Assembly (NCBI GenBank): GCA_964016885.1
Contig: OZ024742.1
Coordinates: 370,450,001 to 370,514,000 of the forward strand
Length of the DNA: 64,000 bases
DNA from: Eledone cirrhosa
Taxonomy: Eukaryota
Direction: 5' to 3'
Below are positions 12,562 through 27,700 of this stretch, one piece after another (the stretch's first letter is position 1; every line of letters begins with the position of its first letter). Below the pieces are notes generated by a model, which was not told the DNA's origin, did no database searches, and saw only the letters and a list, made by a program, of their open reading frames with translations. Position numbers and translations under genes: made by a program.

Positions 12562-15500
12562 CTGGTCTTATACTGTCACATTGCTTCTACTGGTGACCTG
12601 GTCTTATGCTGTCACATTGCTTCTACAGGTGACCTGGTCTTATACTGTCACATTGCTTCTACTGGTGACCTGGCCTTATGCTGACACATTGCTTCTACTG
12701 GTGACCTTGTCTTATGCTGTCACATTGCTTCTACTGGTGACCTTGTCTTATGCTGTCACATTGCTTCTACAGGTGACCTGGTCTTATACTGTCACATTGC
12801 TTCTACTGGTTACCTGGTGTTATTCTGCCACATTGTTTCTACTGGTGACCTGGTCTTATACTGTCACATTGCTTCTACTAGTGACCTGGTCTTATACTGT
12901 CACATTGCTTCTACTGGTGACCTTGTCTTATGCTGTCACATTGCTTCTGCTGGTGACCGGGTCTTATGCTGTCACATTGCTTCTACTGTTGACCTGGTCT
13001 TATACTGTCACATTGCTTCTACTGGTGACTTGGTCTTATGCTGTCACATTGCTTCTACTGGTGACCTTGTCTTATACTGTCACATTGCTTCTACTAGTGA
13101 ACTGGTCTTATACTGTCACATTACTTCTACTGGTGACCTGGTCTTATACTGTCACATTGCTTCTACTGGTGACCTTGCCTTATGCTGAAACATTGCTTCT
13201 ACTGGTGACCTGGTCTTATACTGTCACATTGCTTCTACTAGTGACCTGGTCTTATACTGTCACGTTGCTTCTACTAGTGCACTGGGCTTATACTGTCACA
13301 TTGCTTCTACTGGTGACCTGGTCTTATACTGTCACATTGCTTCTACTAGTGACTGGTCTTATACTGTCACATTGCTTCTACTGGTGACCTGGTCTTATAC
13401 TGTCACATTGCTTCTACTAGTGACTGGTCTTATACTGTCACATTGCTTCTACTGGTGACCTGGTCTTATGCTGTCAAATTGCTTCTACTGGTGACCTGGT
13501 CTTATGCTGTCACATTGCTTCTACTGGTGACCTGGTCTTATACTGTCACGTTGCTTCTACTGGTGACCTGGTCTTATACTGTCACATTGCTTCTACTGGT
13601 GACCTGGTCTTATATTGTCACATTGCTTCTACTGGTGACCTGGTCTTATGCTGTCACATTGCTTCTACGGGTGACCTGGTCTTATACTGTCACATTGCTT
13701 CTACTGGTGACCTGGTCTTATACTGTCACATTGCTTCTACTAGTGACTGGTCTTATACTGTCACATTGCTTCTACTGGTGACCTGGTCTTATACTGTCAC
13801 ATTGCTTCTACTAGTGACTGGTCTTATACTGTCACATTGCTTCTACTGGTGACCTGGTCTTATGCTGTCAAATTGCTTCTACTGGTGACCTGGTCTTATG
13901 CTGTCACATTGCTTCTACTGGTGACCTGGTCTTATACTGTCACGTTGCTTCTACTGGTGACCTGGTCTTATACTGTCACATTGCTTCTACTAGTGACATG
14001 GTCTTATATTGTCACATTGCTTCTACTGGTGACCTGGTCTTATGCTGTCACATTGCTTCTACGGGTGACCTGGTCTTATACTGTCACATTGCTTCTACTG
14101 GTGACCTGGTCTTATACTGTCACATTGCTTCTACTGGTGACCTGGTCTTATACTGTCACATTGTTTCTACTGGTTAACTGGCCTTATGCTGTCACATTGC
14201 TTCTACTGGTTAACTGGTCTTATGCTGTCACATTGCTTCTACAGGTGACCTGGTCTTATGCTGTCACATTGCTTCTAGAGGTGACCTGGTCATATACTGT
14301 CACATTGCTTCTACTGGTGACCTGGTCTTATACTGTCACATTGCTTCTACTGGTGACCTGGTCTTATACTGTCAGATTGCTTCTACTGGTGACCTGGTCT
14401 TATACTGTCACATTGCTTTTACTGGTGACTTGGTCTTATACTGTCACATTGCTTCTACTGGTGACCTGGTCTTATACTGTCACATTGCTTCTACTGGTGA
14501 ACTTCTCTTATCCTGTCACATTGCTTCTAATAGTGAACTGGTCTTATACTGTCACATTGCTTCTACTGGTGACCTGGTCTTATGCTGTCACATTGCTTCT
14601 ACAGGTGACCTGGTCTTATACTGTCACATTGCTTCTACTGGTGACCTGGCCTTATGCTGACACATTGCTTCTACTGGTGACCTTGTCTTATGCTGTCACA
14701 TTGCTTCTACTGGTGACCTTGTCTTATGCTGTCACATTGCTTCTACAGGTGACCTGGTCTTATACTGTCACATTGCTTCTACTGGTTACCTGGTGTTATT
14801 CTGCCACATTGTTTCTACTGGTGACCTGGTCTTATACTGTCACATTGCTTCTACTAGTGACCTGGTCTTATACTGTCACATTGCTTCTACTGGTGACCTT
14901 GTCTTATGCTGTCACATTGCTTCTGCTGGTGACCGGGTCTTATGCTGTCACATTGCTTCTACTGTTGACCTGGTCTTATACTGTCACATTGCTTCTACTG
15001 GTGACTTGGTCTTATGCTGTCACATTGCTTCTACTGGTGACCTTGTCTTATACTGTCACATTGCTTCTACTAGTGAACTGGTCTTATACTGTCACATTAC
15101 TTCTACTGGTGACCTGGTCTTATACTGTCACATTGCTTCTACTGGTGACCTTGCCTTATGCTGAAACATTGCTTCTACTGGTGACCTGGTCTTATACTGT
15201 CACATTGCTTCTACTAGTGACCTGGTCTTATACTGTCACGTTGCTTCTACTAGTGCACTGGGCTTATACTGTCACATTGCTTCTACTGGTGACCTGGTCT
15301 TATACTGTCACATTGCTTCTACTAGTGACTGGTCTTATACTGTCACATTGCTTCTACTGGTGACCTGGTCTTATACTGTCACATTGCTTCTACTAGTGAC
15401 TGGTCTTATACTGTCACATTGCTTCTACTGGTGACCTGGTCTTATGCTGTCAAATTGCTTCTACTGGTGACCTGGTCTTATGCTGTCACATTGCTTCTAC

Positions 15501-16039
15501 TGGTGACCTGGTCTTATACTGTCACGTTGCTTCTACTGGTGACCTGGTCTTATACTGTCACATTGCTTCTACTGGTGACCTGGTCTTATATTGTCACATT
15601 GCTTCTACTGGTGACCTGGTCTTATGCTGTCACATTGCTTCTACGGGTGACCTGGTCTTATACTGTCACATTGCTTCTACTGGTGACCTGGTCTTATACT
15701 GTCACATTGCTTCTACTAGTGACTGGTCTTATACTGTCACATTGCTTCTACTGGTGACCTGGTCTTATACTGTCACATTGCTTCTACTAGTGACTGGTCT
15801 TATACTGTCACATTGCTTCTACTGGTGACCTGGTCTTATGCTGTCAAATTGCTTCTACTGGTGACCTGGTCTTATGCTGTCACATTGCTTCTACTGGTGA
15901 CCTGGTCTTATACTGTCACGTTGCTTCTACTGGTGACCTGGTCTTATACTGTCACATTGCTTCTACTAGTGACATGGTCTTATATTGTCACATTGCTTCT
16001 ACTGGTGACCTGGTCTTATGCTGTCACATTGCTTCTACG
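12088..16039. repeat. Tandem duplication, 2 x 1976 bp (55 monomers, four of them 35 bp)
   Basis: Offset of 1976 for ORFs 12454/14430, 12817/14793, 13443/15419 and 13837/15813. 55x36-4=1976. Confidence 0.93.
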
Positions 16040-18794
16040 GGTGACCTGGTCTTATACTGTCACATTGCTTCTACTGGTGACCTTGTCTTATGCTATCACA
16101 TTGCTTCTACTGGTGACCTGGTCTTATGCTATCACATTGCTTCTACTGGTGACCTGGTCTTATACTGTCACATTGCTTCTACTGGTGACCTGGTCTTATA
16201 CTGTCACATTGCTTCTAATCGTGACCTGATCTTATGCTGTCACATTGCTTCTACTGGTGACCTGGTCTTATACTGTCACATTGCTTCTACTGGTGACCTG
16301 GTCTTATGCTGTCACATTGCTTCTACTAGGGACTTGGTCTTATACTGTCACATTGCTGCTACTAGTGAACTGGTTTTATACTGTCACATTGCTTCTACTA
16401 GTGAACTGGTCTTATACTGTCACATTGCTTCTACTTGTGACCTGGTCTTATACTGTCACATTGCTTCTACTGGTGACCTGGTCTTATACTGTCACATTGC
16501 TTCTACTGGTGCGCTTGTCTTATACTGTCACATTGCTTCTACTAGTGAACTGGTCTTATGCTGTCACATGGCTTCTACGGTGACCTGGTCTTATACTTTC
16601 ACATTGCTTCTACTTGTGATATGGTCTTATACTGTCACATTGCTTCTACTGGTGACCTGGTCTTATGCTATCACATTGCTTCTACTGGTGACCTGATCTT
16701 ATACTGTCACATTGCTTCTACTGGTGACCTGGTCTTATACTGTCACATTGCTTCTCCTGGTTACCTGGTCTTATGCTGCCACATTGTTTCTACTGGTGAC
16801 CTGGTCTTATACTGTCACATTGCTTCTAATTATGACCTGGTCTTACACTGTCACATTGTTTCTACTGGTGACCTGGTCTTATACTGTCACATTGCTTCTA
16901 CTGGTGACCTGATCTTATAATGTCACATTGCTTCTACTGGTGACCTGGTCTTATGCTGTCACATTGCTTCTACTGGTGACCTGGTATTATACTGTCATAT
17001 TGCTTCTACTAGTGACCTTGTCTTATACTGTCACATTGCTTCTACTAGTGACCTGGTCTTATACTGTCACATTGCTTCTAGTGGTGACCTGGTCTTATAC
17101 TGTCACATTGCTTCTACTAGTGACCTGGTCTTATACTGTCACATTGCTTCTACTCGTGACCTGGTCTTATGCTGTCACATTGCTTCTACCGGTGACCTTG
17201 TCTAATACTGTCACATTGCTTCTACTAGTGACCTGGTCTTATGCTGTCACATTGCTTCTACTGGTGATCTCGTCTTATACTGTCACATTTCTTCTACTAT
17301 AGACCTGGTCTTATACTGTCACATTGCTTCTAGTGGTGACCTGGTCTTATACAGTCACATTGCTTCTACTGGTGATCTGGTATTATAATGTCACATTGCT
17401 TCTACTGGTGACCTGGTCTTATACTGTCACATTGCTTCTACTGGTGACCTGGTCTTATACTGTCACATTGCTTCTACTGGTGACCTGGTCTTATACTGTC
17501 ACATTGCTTTTACTAGTGACCTGGTCTTATACTGTCACGTTACTACTAATGGTGACCTGGTCTTATACTATCACATTGCTTCTACTAGTGACCTGGTCTT
17601 ATACTGTCACATTGCTTCTACTAGTGACCTGTTCTTATACTGTCACATTGCTTCTACTGGTGACCTGGTCTTATGCTGTCACATTGCTTCTACTGGTGAC
17701 CTGGTCTTATACTGTCACATTGCTTCTACTGGTGACCTGGTCTTATACTATCACATTGCTTCTACTAGTGACCTGGTCTTATACTGTCACATTGCTTCTA
17801 CTGGTGACCTGGTCTTATACTGTCACATTGCTTCTACTAGAGACCTGGTTTTATACTGTCACATTGCTTCTACTGGTGACCTGGTCTTATACTGTCACAT
17901 TGCTTCTACTAGTGACCTGGTCTTATACTGGCACATTGCTTCTACTGGTGACCTGGTCTTATACTATCACATTGCTTCTACTAGTGACCTGGTCTTATAC
18001 TGTCACATCGCTTCTACTGGTGACCTGGTCTTATACTGTCACATTGCTTCTGCTAGTGACCTGGTCTTATACTGTCACATTGCTTCTACTAGTGACTGGT
18101 CTTATACTGTCAAATTGCTTCTACTGGTGACCTGGTCTTATACTGTCACATTGTTTCTACTGGTGACCTGGTCTTATACTGTCACATTGCTTCTACAGGT
18201 GACCTGGTCTTATACTGTCACATTGCTTCTACTGGTGACCTGGTCTTATACTGTCACATTGTTTCTACTGGTTAACTGGCCTTATGCTGTCACATTGCTT
18301 CTACTGGTTAACTGGTCTTATGCTGTCACATTGCTTCTACAGCTGACCTGGTCTTATGCTGTCACATTGCTTCTACAGGTGACCTGGTCATATACTGTCA
18401 CATTGCTTCTACTGGTGACCTGGTCTTATACTGTCACATTGCTTTTACTGGTGACTTGGTCTTATACTGTCACATTGCTTCTACTGGTGACCTGGTCTTA
18501 TACTGTCACATTGCTTCTACTGGTGAACTTCTCTTATCCTGTCACATTGCTTCTAATAGTGAACTGGTCTTATACTGTCACATTGATTCTACTGGTGACC
18601 TGGTCTTATGCTGTCACATTGCTTCTACAGGTGACCTGGTCTTATACTGTCACATTGCTTCTACTGGTGACCTGGCCTTATGCTGACACATTGCTTCTAC
18701 TGGTGACCTTGTCTTATGCTGTCACATTGCTTCTACTGGTGACCTTGTCTTATGCTGTCACATTGCTTCTACAGGTGACCTGGTCTTATACTGT

Positions 18795-21700
18795 CACATT
18801 GCTTCTACTGGTGACCTGGTCTTATGCTGTCACATTGCTTCTACGGGTGACCTGGTCTCATACTGTCACATTGCTTCTACTGGTGACCTTGTCTTATGCT
18901 GTCACATTGCTTCTACTGGTGACCTGGTCTTATGCTATCACATTGCTTCTACTGGTGACCTGGTCTTATACTGTCACATTGCTTCTACTGGTGACCTGGT
19001 CTTATACTGTCACATTGCTTCTAATCGTGACCTGATCTTATGCTGTCACATTGCTTCTACTGGTGACCTGGTCTTATACTGTCACATTGCTTCTACTGGT
19101 GACCTGGTCTTATGCTGTCACATTGCTTCTACTAGGGACCTGGTCTTATACTGTCACATTGCTGCTACTAGTGAACTGGTTTTATACTGTCACATTGCTT
19201 CTACTAGTGAACTGGTCTTATACTGTCACATTGCTTCTACTTGTGACCTGGTCTTATACTGTCACATTGCTTCTACTGGTGACCTGGTCTTATACTGTCA
19301 CATTGCTTCTACTGGTGCGCTTGTCTTATACAGTCACATTGCTTCTACTAGTGAACTGGTCTTATGCTGTCACATGGCTTCTACGGTGACCTGGTCTTAT
19401 ACTTTCACATTGCTTCTACTTGTGATATGGTCTTATACTGTCACATTGCTTCTACTGGTGACCTGGTCTTATGCTATCACATTGCTTCTACTGGTGACCT
19501 GATCTTATACTGTCACATTGCTTCTACTGGTGACCTGGTCTTATACTGTCACATTGCTTCTCCTGGTTACCTGGTCTTATGCTGCCACATTGTTTCTACT
19601 GGTGACCTGGTCTTATACTGTCACATTGCTTCTAATTATGACCTGGTCTTACACTGTCACATTGTTTCTACTGGTGACCTGGTCTTATACTGTCACATTG
19701 CTTCTACTGGTGACCTGATCTTATACTGTCACATTGCTTCTACTGGTGACCTTGTCTTATGCTGTCACATTGCTTCTACTGGTGACCTGGTCTTATGCTG
19801 TCACATTGCTTCTACTGTTGACCTGGTCTTATAATGTCACATTGCTTCTACTGGTGACCTGGTCTTATGCTGTCACATTGCTTCTACTGGTGACCTGGTA
19901 TTATACTGTCATATTGCTTCTACTAGTGACCTTGTCTTATACTGTCACATTGCTTCTACTAGTGACCTGGTCTTATACTGTCACATTGCTTCTAGTGGTG
20001 ACCTGGTCTTATACTGTCACATTGCTTCTACTAGTGACCTGGTCTTATACTGTCACATTGCTTCTACTCGTGACCTGGTCTTATGCTGTCACATTGCTTC
20101 TACTGGTGACCTTGTCTAATACTGTCACATTGCTTCTACTAGTGACCTGGTCTTATGCTGTCACATTGCTTCTACTGGTGATCTCGTCTTATACTGTCAC
20201 ATTTCTTCTACTATAGACCTGGTCTTATACTGTCACATTGCTTCTAGTGGTGACCTGGTCTTATACAGTCACATTGCTTCTACTGGTGATCTGGTATTAT
20301 AATGTCACATTGCTTCTACTGGTGACCTGGTCTTATACTGTCACATTGCTTCTACTGGTGACCTGGTCTTATACTGTCACATTGCTTCTACTGGTGACCT
20401 GGTCTTATACTGTCACATTGCTTTTACTAGTGACCTGGTCTTATACTGTCACGTTGCTTCTAATGGTGACCTGGTCTTATACTATCACATTGCTTCTACT
20501 AGTGACCTGGTCTTATACTGTCACATTGCTTCTACTAGTGACCTGTTCTTATACTGTCACATTGCTTCTACTGGTGACCTGGTCTTATGCTGTCACATTG
20601 CTTCTACTGGTGACCTGGTCTTATACTGTCACATTGCTTCTACTGGTGACCTGGTCTTATACTATCACATTGCTTCTACTAGTGACCTGGTCTTATACTG
20701 TCACATTGCTTCTACTGGTGACCTGGTCTTATACTGTCACATTGCTTCTACTAGAGACCTGGTTTTATACTGTCACATTGCTTCTACTGGTGACCTGGTC
20801 TTATACTGTCACATTGCTTCTACTAGTGACCTGGTCTTATACTGGCACATTGCTTCTACTGGTGACCTGGTCTTATACTATCACATTGCTTCTACTAGTG
20901 ACCTGGTCTTATACTGTCACATCACTTCTACTGGTGACCTGGTCTTATACTGTCACATTGCTTCTACTAGTGACCTGGTCTTATACTGTCACATTGCTTC
21001 TACTAGTGACTGGTCTTATACTGTCACATTGCTTCTACTGGTGACCTGGTCTTATACTGTCACATTGTTTCTACTGGTGACCTGGTCTTATACTGTCACA
21101 TCACTTCTACTGGTGACCTGGTCTTATACTGTCACATTGCTTCTACTAGTGACCTGGTCTTATACTGTCACATTGCTTCTACTAGTGACTGGTCTTATAC
21201 TGTCACATTGCTTCTACTGGTGACCTGGTCTTATACTGTCACATTGTTTCTACTGGTGACCTGGTCTTATACTGTCACATTGCTTCTACAGGTGACCTGG
21301 TCTTATACTGTCACATTGCTTCTACTGGTGACCTGGTCTTATACTGTCACATTGTTTCTACTGGTTAACTGGCCTTATGCTGTCACATTGCTTCTACTGG
21401 TTAACTGGTCTTATGCTGTCACATTGCTTCTACAGGTGACCTGGTCTTATACTGTCACATCGCTTCTACTGGTGACCTGGTCTTATACTGTCACATTGCT
21501 TCTACTAGTGACCTGGTCTTATACTGTCACGTTGCTTCTACTAGTGACTGGTCTTATACTGTCACATTGCTTCTACTGGTGACCTGGTCTTATACTGTCA
21601 CATTGCTTCTACTGGTGACCTGGTCTTATAATGTCACATTGCTTCTACAGGTGACATGGTCTTATACTGTCACATTTCTTCTACTAGTGACCAGGTCTTA

Positions 21701-24700
21701 TACTGTCACATTGCTTCTACTGGTGACCTTGTCTTATGCTGTCACATTGCTTCTACTGGTGACCTGGTCTTATGCTGTCACATTGCTTCTACTGTTGACC
21801 TGGTCTTATACTGTCACATTGCTTCTACTATTGACCTGGTCTTACACTGTCACATTGCTTCTACTGGTGACCTGGTCTTATACTGTCACATTGCTTCTAC
21901 TGGTGACCTGGTCTTATACTGTCACATTGCTTCTACTGGTGACCTGGTCTTATACTGTCACATTGCTTCTACTGGTGACCTGGTCTTATACTGTCACATT
22001 GTTTCTACTGGTTAACTGGCCTTATGCTGTCACATTGCTTCTACTGGTTAACTGGTCTTATGCTGTCACATTGCTTCTACAGGTGACCTGGTCTTATGCT
22101 GTCACATTGCTTCTAGAGGTGACCTGGTCATATACTGTCACATTGCTTCTACTGGTGACCTGGTCTTATACTGTCACATTGCTTCTACTGGTGACCTGGT
22201 CTTATACTGTCAGATTGCTTCTACTGGTGACCTGGTCTTATACTGTCACATTGCTTTTACTGGTGACTTGGTCTTATACTGTCACATTGCTTCTACTGGT
22301 GACCTGGTCTTATACTGTCACATTGCTTCTACTGGTGAACTTCTCTTATCCTGTCACATTGCTTCTAATAGTGAACTGGTCTTATACTGTCACATTGCTT
22401 CTACTGGTGACCTGGTCTTATGCTGTCACATTGCTTCTACAGGTGACCTGGTCTTATACTGTCACATTGCTTCTACTGGTGACCTGGCCTTATGCTGACA
22501 CATTGCTTCTACTGGTGACCTTGTCTTATGCTGTCACATTGCTTCTATTGGTGACCTTGTCTTATGCTGTCACATTGCTTCTACAGGTGACCTGGTCTTA
22601 TACTGTCACATTGCTTCTACTGGTTACCTGGTGTTATTCTGCCACATTGTTTCTACTGGTGACCTGGTCTTATACTGTCACATTGCTTCTACTAGTGACC
22701 TGGTCTTATACTGTCACATTGCTTCTACTGGTGACCTTGTCTTATGCTGTCACATTGCTTCTGCTGGTGACCGGGTCTTATGCTGTCACATTGCTTCTAC
22801 TGTTGACCTGGTCTTATACTGTCACATTGCTTCTACTGGTGACTTGGTCTTATGCTGTCACATTGCTTCTACTGGTGACCTTGTCTTATACTGTCACATT
22901 GCTTCTACTAGTGAACTGGTCTTATACTGTCACATTACTTCTACTGGTGACCTGGTCTTATACTGTCACATTGCTTCTACTGGTGACCTTGCCTTATGCT
23001 GAAACATTGCTTCTACTGGTGACCTGGTCTTATACTGTCACATTGCTTCTACTAGTGACCTGGTCTTATACTGTCACGTTGCTTCTACTAGTGCACTGGG
23101 CTTATACTGTCACATTGCTTCTACTGGTGACCTGGTCTTATACTGTCACATTGCTTCTACTAGTGACTGGTCTTATACTGTCACATTGCTTCTACTGGTG
23201 ACCTGGTCTTATACTGTCACATTGCTTCTACTAGTGACTGGTCTTATACTGTCACATTGCTTCTACTGGTGACCTGGTCTTATGCTGTCAAATTGCTTCT
23301 ACTGGTGACCTGGTCTTATGCTGTCACATTGCTTCTACTGGTGACCTGGTCTTATACTGTCACGTTGCTTCTACTGGTGACCTGGTCTTATACTGTCACA
23401 TTGCTTCTACTGGTGACCTGGTCTTATATTGTCACATTGCTTCTACTGGTGACCTGGTCTTATGCTGTCACATTGCTTCTACGGGTGACCTGGTCTTATA
23501 CTGTCACATTGCTTCTACTGGTGACCTGGTCTTATACTGTCACATTGCTTCTACTAGTGACTGGTCTTATACTGTCACATTGCTTCTACTGGTGACCTGG
23601 TCTTATACTGTCACATTGCTTCTACTAGTGACTGGTCTTATACTGTCACATTGCTTCTACAGGTGACCTGGTCTTATGCTGTCAAATTGCTTCTACTGGT
23701 GACCTGGTCTTATGCTGTCACATTGCTTCTACTGGTGACCTGGTCTTATACTGTCACGTTGCTTCTACTGGTGACCTGGTCTTATACTGTCACATTGCTT
23801 CTACTAGTGACATGGTCTTATATTGTCACATTGCTTCTACTGGTGACCTGGTCTTATGCTGTCACATTGCTTCTACGGGTGACCTGGTCTTATACTGTCA
23901 CATTGCTTCTACTGGTGACCTTGTCTTATGCTGTCACATTGCTTCTACTGGTGACCTGGTCTTATGCTATCACATTGCTTCTACTGGTGACCTGGTCTTA
24001 TACTGTCACATTGCTTCTACTGGTGACCTGGTCTTATACTGTCACATTGCTTCTAATCGTGACCTGATCTTATGCTGTCACATTGCTTCTACTGGTGACC
24101 TGGTCTTATACTGTCACATTGCTTCTACTGGTGACCTGGTCTTATGCTGTCACATTGCTTCTACTAGGGACCTGGTCTTATACTGTCACATTGCTGCTAC
24201 TAGTGAACTGGTTTTATACTGTCACATTGCTTCTACTAGTGAACTGGTCTTATACTGTCACATTGCTTCTACTTGTGACCTGGTCTTATACTGTCACATT
24301 GCTTCTACTGGTGACCTGGTCTTATACTGTCACATTGCTTCTACTGGTGCGCTTGTCTTATACTGTCACATTGCTTCTACTAGTGAACTGGTCTTATGCT
24401 GTCACATGGCTTCTACGGTGACCTGGTCTTATACTTTCACATTGCTTCTACTTGTGATATGGTCTTATACTGTCACATTGCTTCTACTGGTGACCTGGTC
24501 TTATGCTATCACATTGCTTCTACTGGTGACCTGATCTTATACTGTCACATTGCTTCTACTGGTGACCTGGTCTTATACTGTCACATTGCTTCTCCTGGTT
24601 ACCTGGTCTTATGCTGCCACATTGTTTCTACTGGTGACCTGGTCTTATACTGTCACATTGCTTCTAATTATGACCTGGTCTTACACTGTCACATTGTTTC

Positions 24701-27700
24701 TACTGGTGACCTGGTCTTATACTGTCACATTGCTTCTACTGGTGACCTGATCTTATACTGTCACATTGCTTCTACTGGTGACCTTGTCTTATGCTGTCAC
24801 ATTGCTTCTACTGGTGACCTGGTCTTATGCTGTCACATTGCTTCTACTGTTGACCTGGTCTTATAATGTCACATTGCTTCTACTGGTGACCTGGTCTTAT
24901 GCTGTCACATTGCTTCTACTGGTGACCTGGTATTATACTGTCATATTGCTTCTACTAGTGACCTTGTCTTATACTGTCACATTGCTTCTACTAGTGACCT
25001 GGTCTTATACTGTCACATTGCTTCTAGTGGTGACCTGGTCTTATACTGTCACATTGCTTCTACTAGTGACCTGGTCTTATACTGTCACATTGCTTCTACT
25101 CGTGACCTGGTCTTATGCTGTCACATTGCTTCTACCGGTGACCTTGTCTAATACTGTCACATTGCTTCTACTAGTGACCTGGTCTTATGCTGTCACATTG
25201 CTTCTACTGGTGATCTCGTCTTATACTGTCACATTTCTTCTACTATAGACCTGGTCTTATACTGTCACATTGCTTCTAGTGGTGACCTGGTCTTATACAG
25301 TCACATTGCTTCTACTGGTGATCTGGTATTATAATGTCACATTGCTTCTACTGGTGACCTGGTCTTATACTGTCACATTGCTTCTACTGGTGACCTGGTC
25401 TTATACTGTCACATTGCTTCTACTGGTGACCTGGTCTTATACTGTCACATTGCTTTTACTAGTGACCTGGTCTTATACTGTCACGTTGCTTCTAATGGTG
25501 ACCTGGTCTTATACTATCACATTGCTTCTACTAGTGACCTGGTCTTATACTGTCACATTGCTTCTACTAGTGACCTGTTCTTATACTGTCACATTGCTTC
25601 TACTGGTGACCTGGTCTTATGCTGTCACATTGCTTCTACTGGTGACCTGGTCTTATACTGTCACATTGCTTCTACTGGTGACCTGGTCTTATACTATCAC
25701 ATTGCTTCTACTAGTGACCTGGTCTTATACTGTCACATTGCTTCTACTGGTGACCTGGTCTTATACTGTCACATTGCTTCTACTAGAGACCTGGTTTTAT
25801 ACTGTCACATTGCTTCTACTGGTGACCTGGTCTTATACTGTCACATTGCTTCTACTAGTGACCTGGTCTTATACTGGCACATTGCTTCTACTGGTGACCT
25901 GGTCTTATACTATCACATTGCTTCTACTAGTGACCTGGTCTTATACTGTCACATCACTTCTACTGGTGACCTGGTCTTATACTGTCACATTGCTTCTACT
26001 AGTGACCTGGTCTTATACTGTCACATTGCTTCTACTAGTGACTGGTCTTATACTGTCACATTGCTTCTACTGGTGACCTGGTCTTATACTGTCACATTGT
26101 TTCTACTGGTGACCTGGTCTTATACTGTCACATCACTTCTACTGGTGACCTGGTCTTATACTGTCACATTGCTTCTACTAGTGACCTGGTCTTATACTGT
26201 CACATTGCTTCTACTAGTGACTGGTCTTATACTGTCACATTGCTTCTACTGGTGACCTGGTCTTATACTGTCACATTGTTTCTACTGGTGACCTGGTCTT
26301 ATACTGTCACATTGCTTCTACAGGTGACCTGGTCTTATACTGTCACATTGCTTCTACTGGTGACCTGGTCTTATACTGTCACATTGTTTCTACTGGTTAA
26401 CTGGCCTTATGCTGTCACATTGCTTCTACTGGTTAACTGGTCTTATGCTGTCACATTGCTTCTACAGGTGACCTGGTCTTATACTGTCACATCGCTTCTA
26501 CTGGTGACCTGGTCTTATACTGTCACATTGCTTCTACTAGTGACCTGGTCTTATACTGTCACGTTGCTTCTACTAGTGACTGGTCTTATACTGTCACATT
26601 GCTTCTACTGGTGACCTGGTCTTATACTGTCACATTGCTTCTACTGGTGACCTGGTCTTATAATGTCACATTGCTTCTACAGGTGACATGGTCTTATACT
26701 GTCACATTTCTTCTACTAGTGACCAGGTCTTATACTGTCACATTGCTTCTACTGGTGACCTTGTCTTATGCTGTCACATTGCTTCTACTGGTGACCTGGT
26801 CTTATGCTGTCACATTGCTTCTACTGTTGACCTGGTCTTATACTGTCACATTGCTTCTACTATTGACCTGGTCTTACACTGTCACATTGCTTCTACTGGT
26901 GACCTGGTCTTATACTGTCACATTGCTTCTACTGGTGACCTGGTCTTATACTGTCACATTGCTTCTACTGGTGACCTGGTCTTATACTGTCACATTGCTT
27001 CTACTGGTGACCTGGTCTTATACTGTCACATTGTTTCTACTGGTTAACTGGCCTTATGCTGTCACATTGCTTCTACTGGTTAACTGGTCTTATGCTGTCA
27101 CATTGCTTCTACAGGTGACCTGGTCTTATGCTGTCACATTGCTTCTAGAGGTGACCTGGTCATATACTGTCACATTGCTTCTACTGGTGACCTGGTCTTA
27201 TACTGTCACATTGCTTCTACTGGTGACCTGGTCTTATACTGTCAGATTGCTTCTACTGGTGACCTGGTCTTATACTGTCACATTGCTTTTACTGGTGACT
27301 TGGTCTTATACTGTCACATTGCTTCTACTGGTGACCTGGTCTTATACTGTCACATTGCTTCTACTGGTGAACTTCTCTTATCCTGTCACATTGCTTCTAA
27401 TAGTGAACTGGTCTTATACTGTCACATTGCTTCTACTGGTGACCTGGTCTTATGCTGTCACATTGCTTCTACAGGTGACCTGGTCTTATACTGTCACATT
27501 GCTTCTACTGGTGACCTGGCCTTATGCTGACACATTGCTTCTACTGGTGACCTTGTCTTATGCTGTCACATTGCTTCTATTGGTGACCTTGTCTTATGCT
27601 GTCACATTGCTTCTACAGGTGACCTGGTCTTATACTGTCACATTGCTTCTACTGGTTACCTGGTGTTATTCTGCCACATTGTTTCTACTGGTGACCTGGT

